From IMG/VR virus record IMGVR_UViG_3300025711_000006: 33,771 bases of DNA; one strand, 5' to 3'. Positions 33,203 to 33,771 of the stretch are shown here, piece after piece. The DNA comes from a virus. Its lineage: Duplodnaviria; Heunggongvirae; Uroviricota; Caudoviricetes. Each line of letters starts with the position of its first letter. Positions within the stretch are counted from its first letter, which is position 1. The notes beneath the pieces are model-generated. The model was not told the origin of the DNA and made no database searches. It saw only the letters and a program-made list of their open reading frames with translations. Position numbers and translations under genes: made by a program.

Positions 33203-33299
33203 ACGCTCTCTCAGGCGTTTTAAGCAACATTAAAGGACAAGGGCACCCAGACGTACTGGGCATGCCCCAGAAACGCTTATACCGCGTTATAGGAGCTAT

Positions 33300-33578
33300 A
33301 TGGAGTACTTAGCCGGAATCGGATTCTTGATACTAATGTACGGGAGCTGCGGCTTTGTGTCAAAGATGTTATTCGAGGACTGGTGCAACAACCTTTTTGA
33401 TAGCTGGGAGCTTGCCGAAGCAGTGGCGGTTCTGCTGGCTGTATTTTGGCCCCTGGGCTGGTTGTTGATGATTATCGTAGGTGTTGTGGCCGGTGTTGTA
33501 ATCGCCGCTAGAAGCATTGGCTGGAGTGTTTCAGTAGTTATTGAGCACTACCGGCAGGCTGAGAAGGGTGAGCAATAA
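33300..33578 (+). CDS. hypothetical membrane protein
   Basis: AGGAG RBS; hydrophobic segments including FWP motif. Confidence 0.75.
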   Translation: MEYLAGIGFLILMYGSCGFVSKMLFEDWCNNLFDSWELAEAVAVLLAVFWPLGWLLMIIVGVVAGVVIAARSIGWSVSVVIEHYRQAEKGEQ

Positions 33579-33771
33579 TGTCGCTTTCAATCACCCTAGA
33601 CAACGTGGTCAATCACCCTCGCATTCTAATGGTAATGGAAAATGCCACACAAGCATTTGAGCACGCCCAAGAATACTGCTACCTGCACGGATACAAACTT
33701 GACCGAAGAAAGATGAAGGTCACGATTGATGGAGAAGACAGCTCACTTTGCATCAGGTGGACATGGCCGGA
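33578..33771 (+). CDS. hypothetical protein, truncated by the window end
   Basis: TAATG coupling; open frame MSLSITLDNVVNHPRIL... to the end of the window. Confidence 0.6.
   Translation, partial: MSLSITLDNVVNHPRILMVMENATQAFEHAQEYCYLHGYKLDRRKMKVTIDGEDSSLCIRWTWP

Overview
This window is about 34 kb of a large lytic dsDNA phage genome. Gene content and order resemble myoviruses of the Pakpunavirus/Otagovirus/rV5-Felix type, and a Pseudomonas-like host is inferred but not shown. Positions 1-3410 are transcribed leftward. They carry a small Zn-finger protein, a protein with a duplicated domain, an XRE HTH protein, a 205-aa coiled-coil protein followed by a ~308-nt structured non-coding region, and a tRNA cluster (Gln-UUG, Trp-CCA, Glu-UUC, Phe-GAA, Arg-UCU) interleaved with non-tRNA structured elements and one small ORF. 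An AT-rich AATAGA repeat array (3448-3574) separates this from a long rightward replication and nucleotide-metabolism arm. That arm encodes HNH-like proteins, PhoH, ClpP-like protease, dCMP deaminase, SleB hydrolase, ATP-dependent ligase, phosphoesterases, a Tim44-like membrane protein, a macrodomain, a Prs-like + Nampt-like pair (NARP1-type), primase-helicase, family A DNA polymerase, a putative SSB, 5'-3' exonuclease, Pth2-like, MazG-like, glutaredoxin, ThyX, NrdA/NrdB, a Ser/Thr phosphatase and a SLOG protein. The best candidate for an undescribed system is the coiled-coil gene (1379-1996) plus its downstream RNA. That RNA has five nested long-range helices enclosing a tract of ~11 AA(C/G)-ending units spaced 7-9 nt apart. 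Related GTAAG units recur with a near-exact 8-nt period in the leader of that gene and in several other leaders. A second highlight is a tRNA-sized element with a three-way junction, an H-type pseudoknot and a CCA end, fused behind a non-canonical tRNA mimic. All family assignments are from motif recognition, not database searches.
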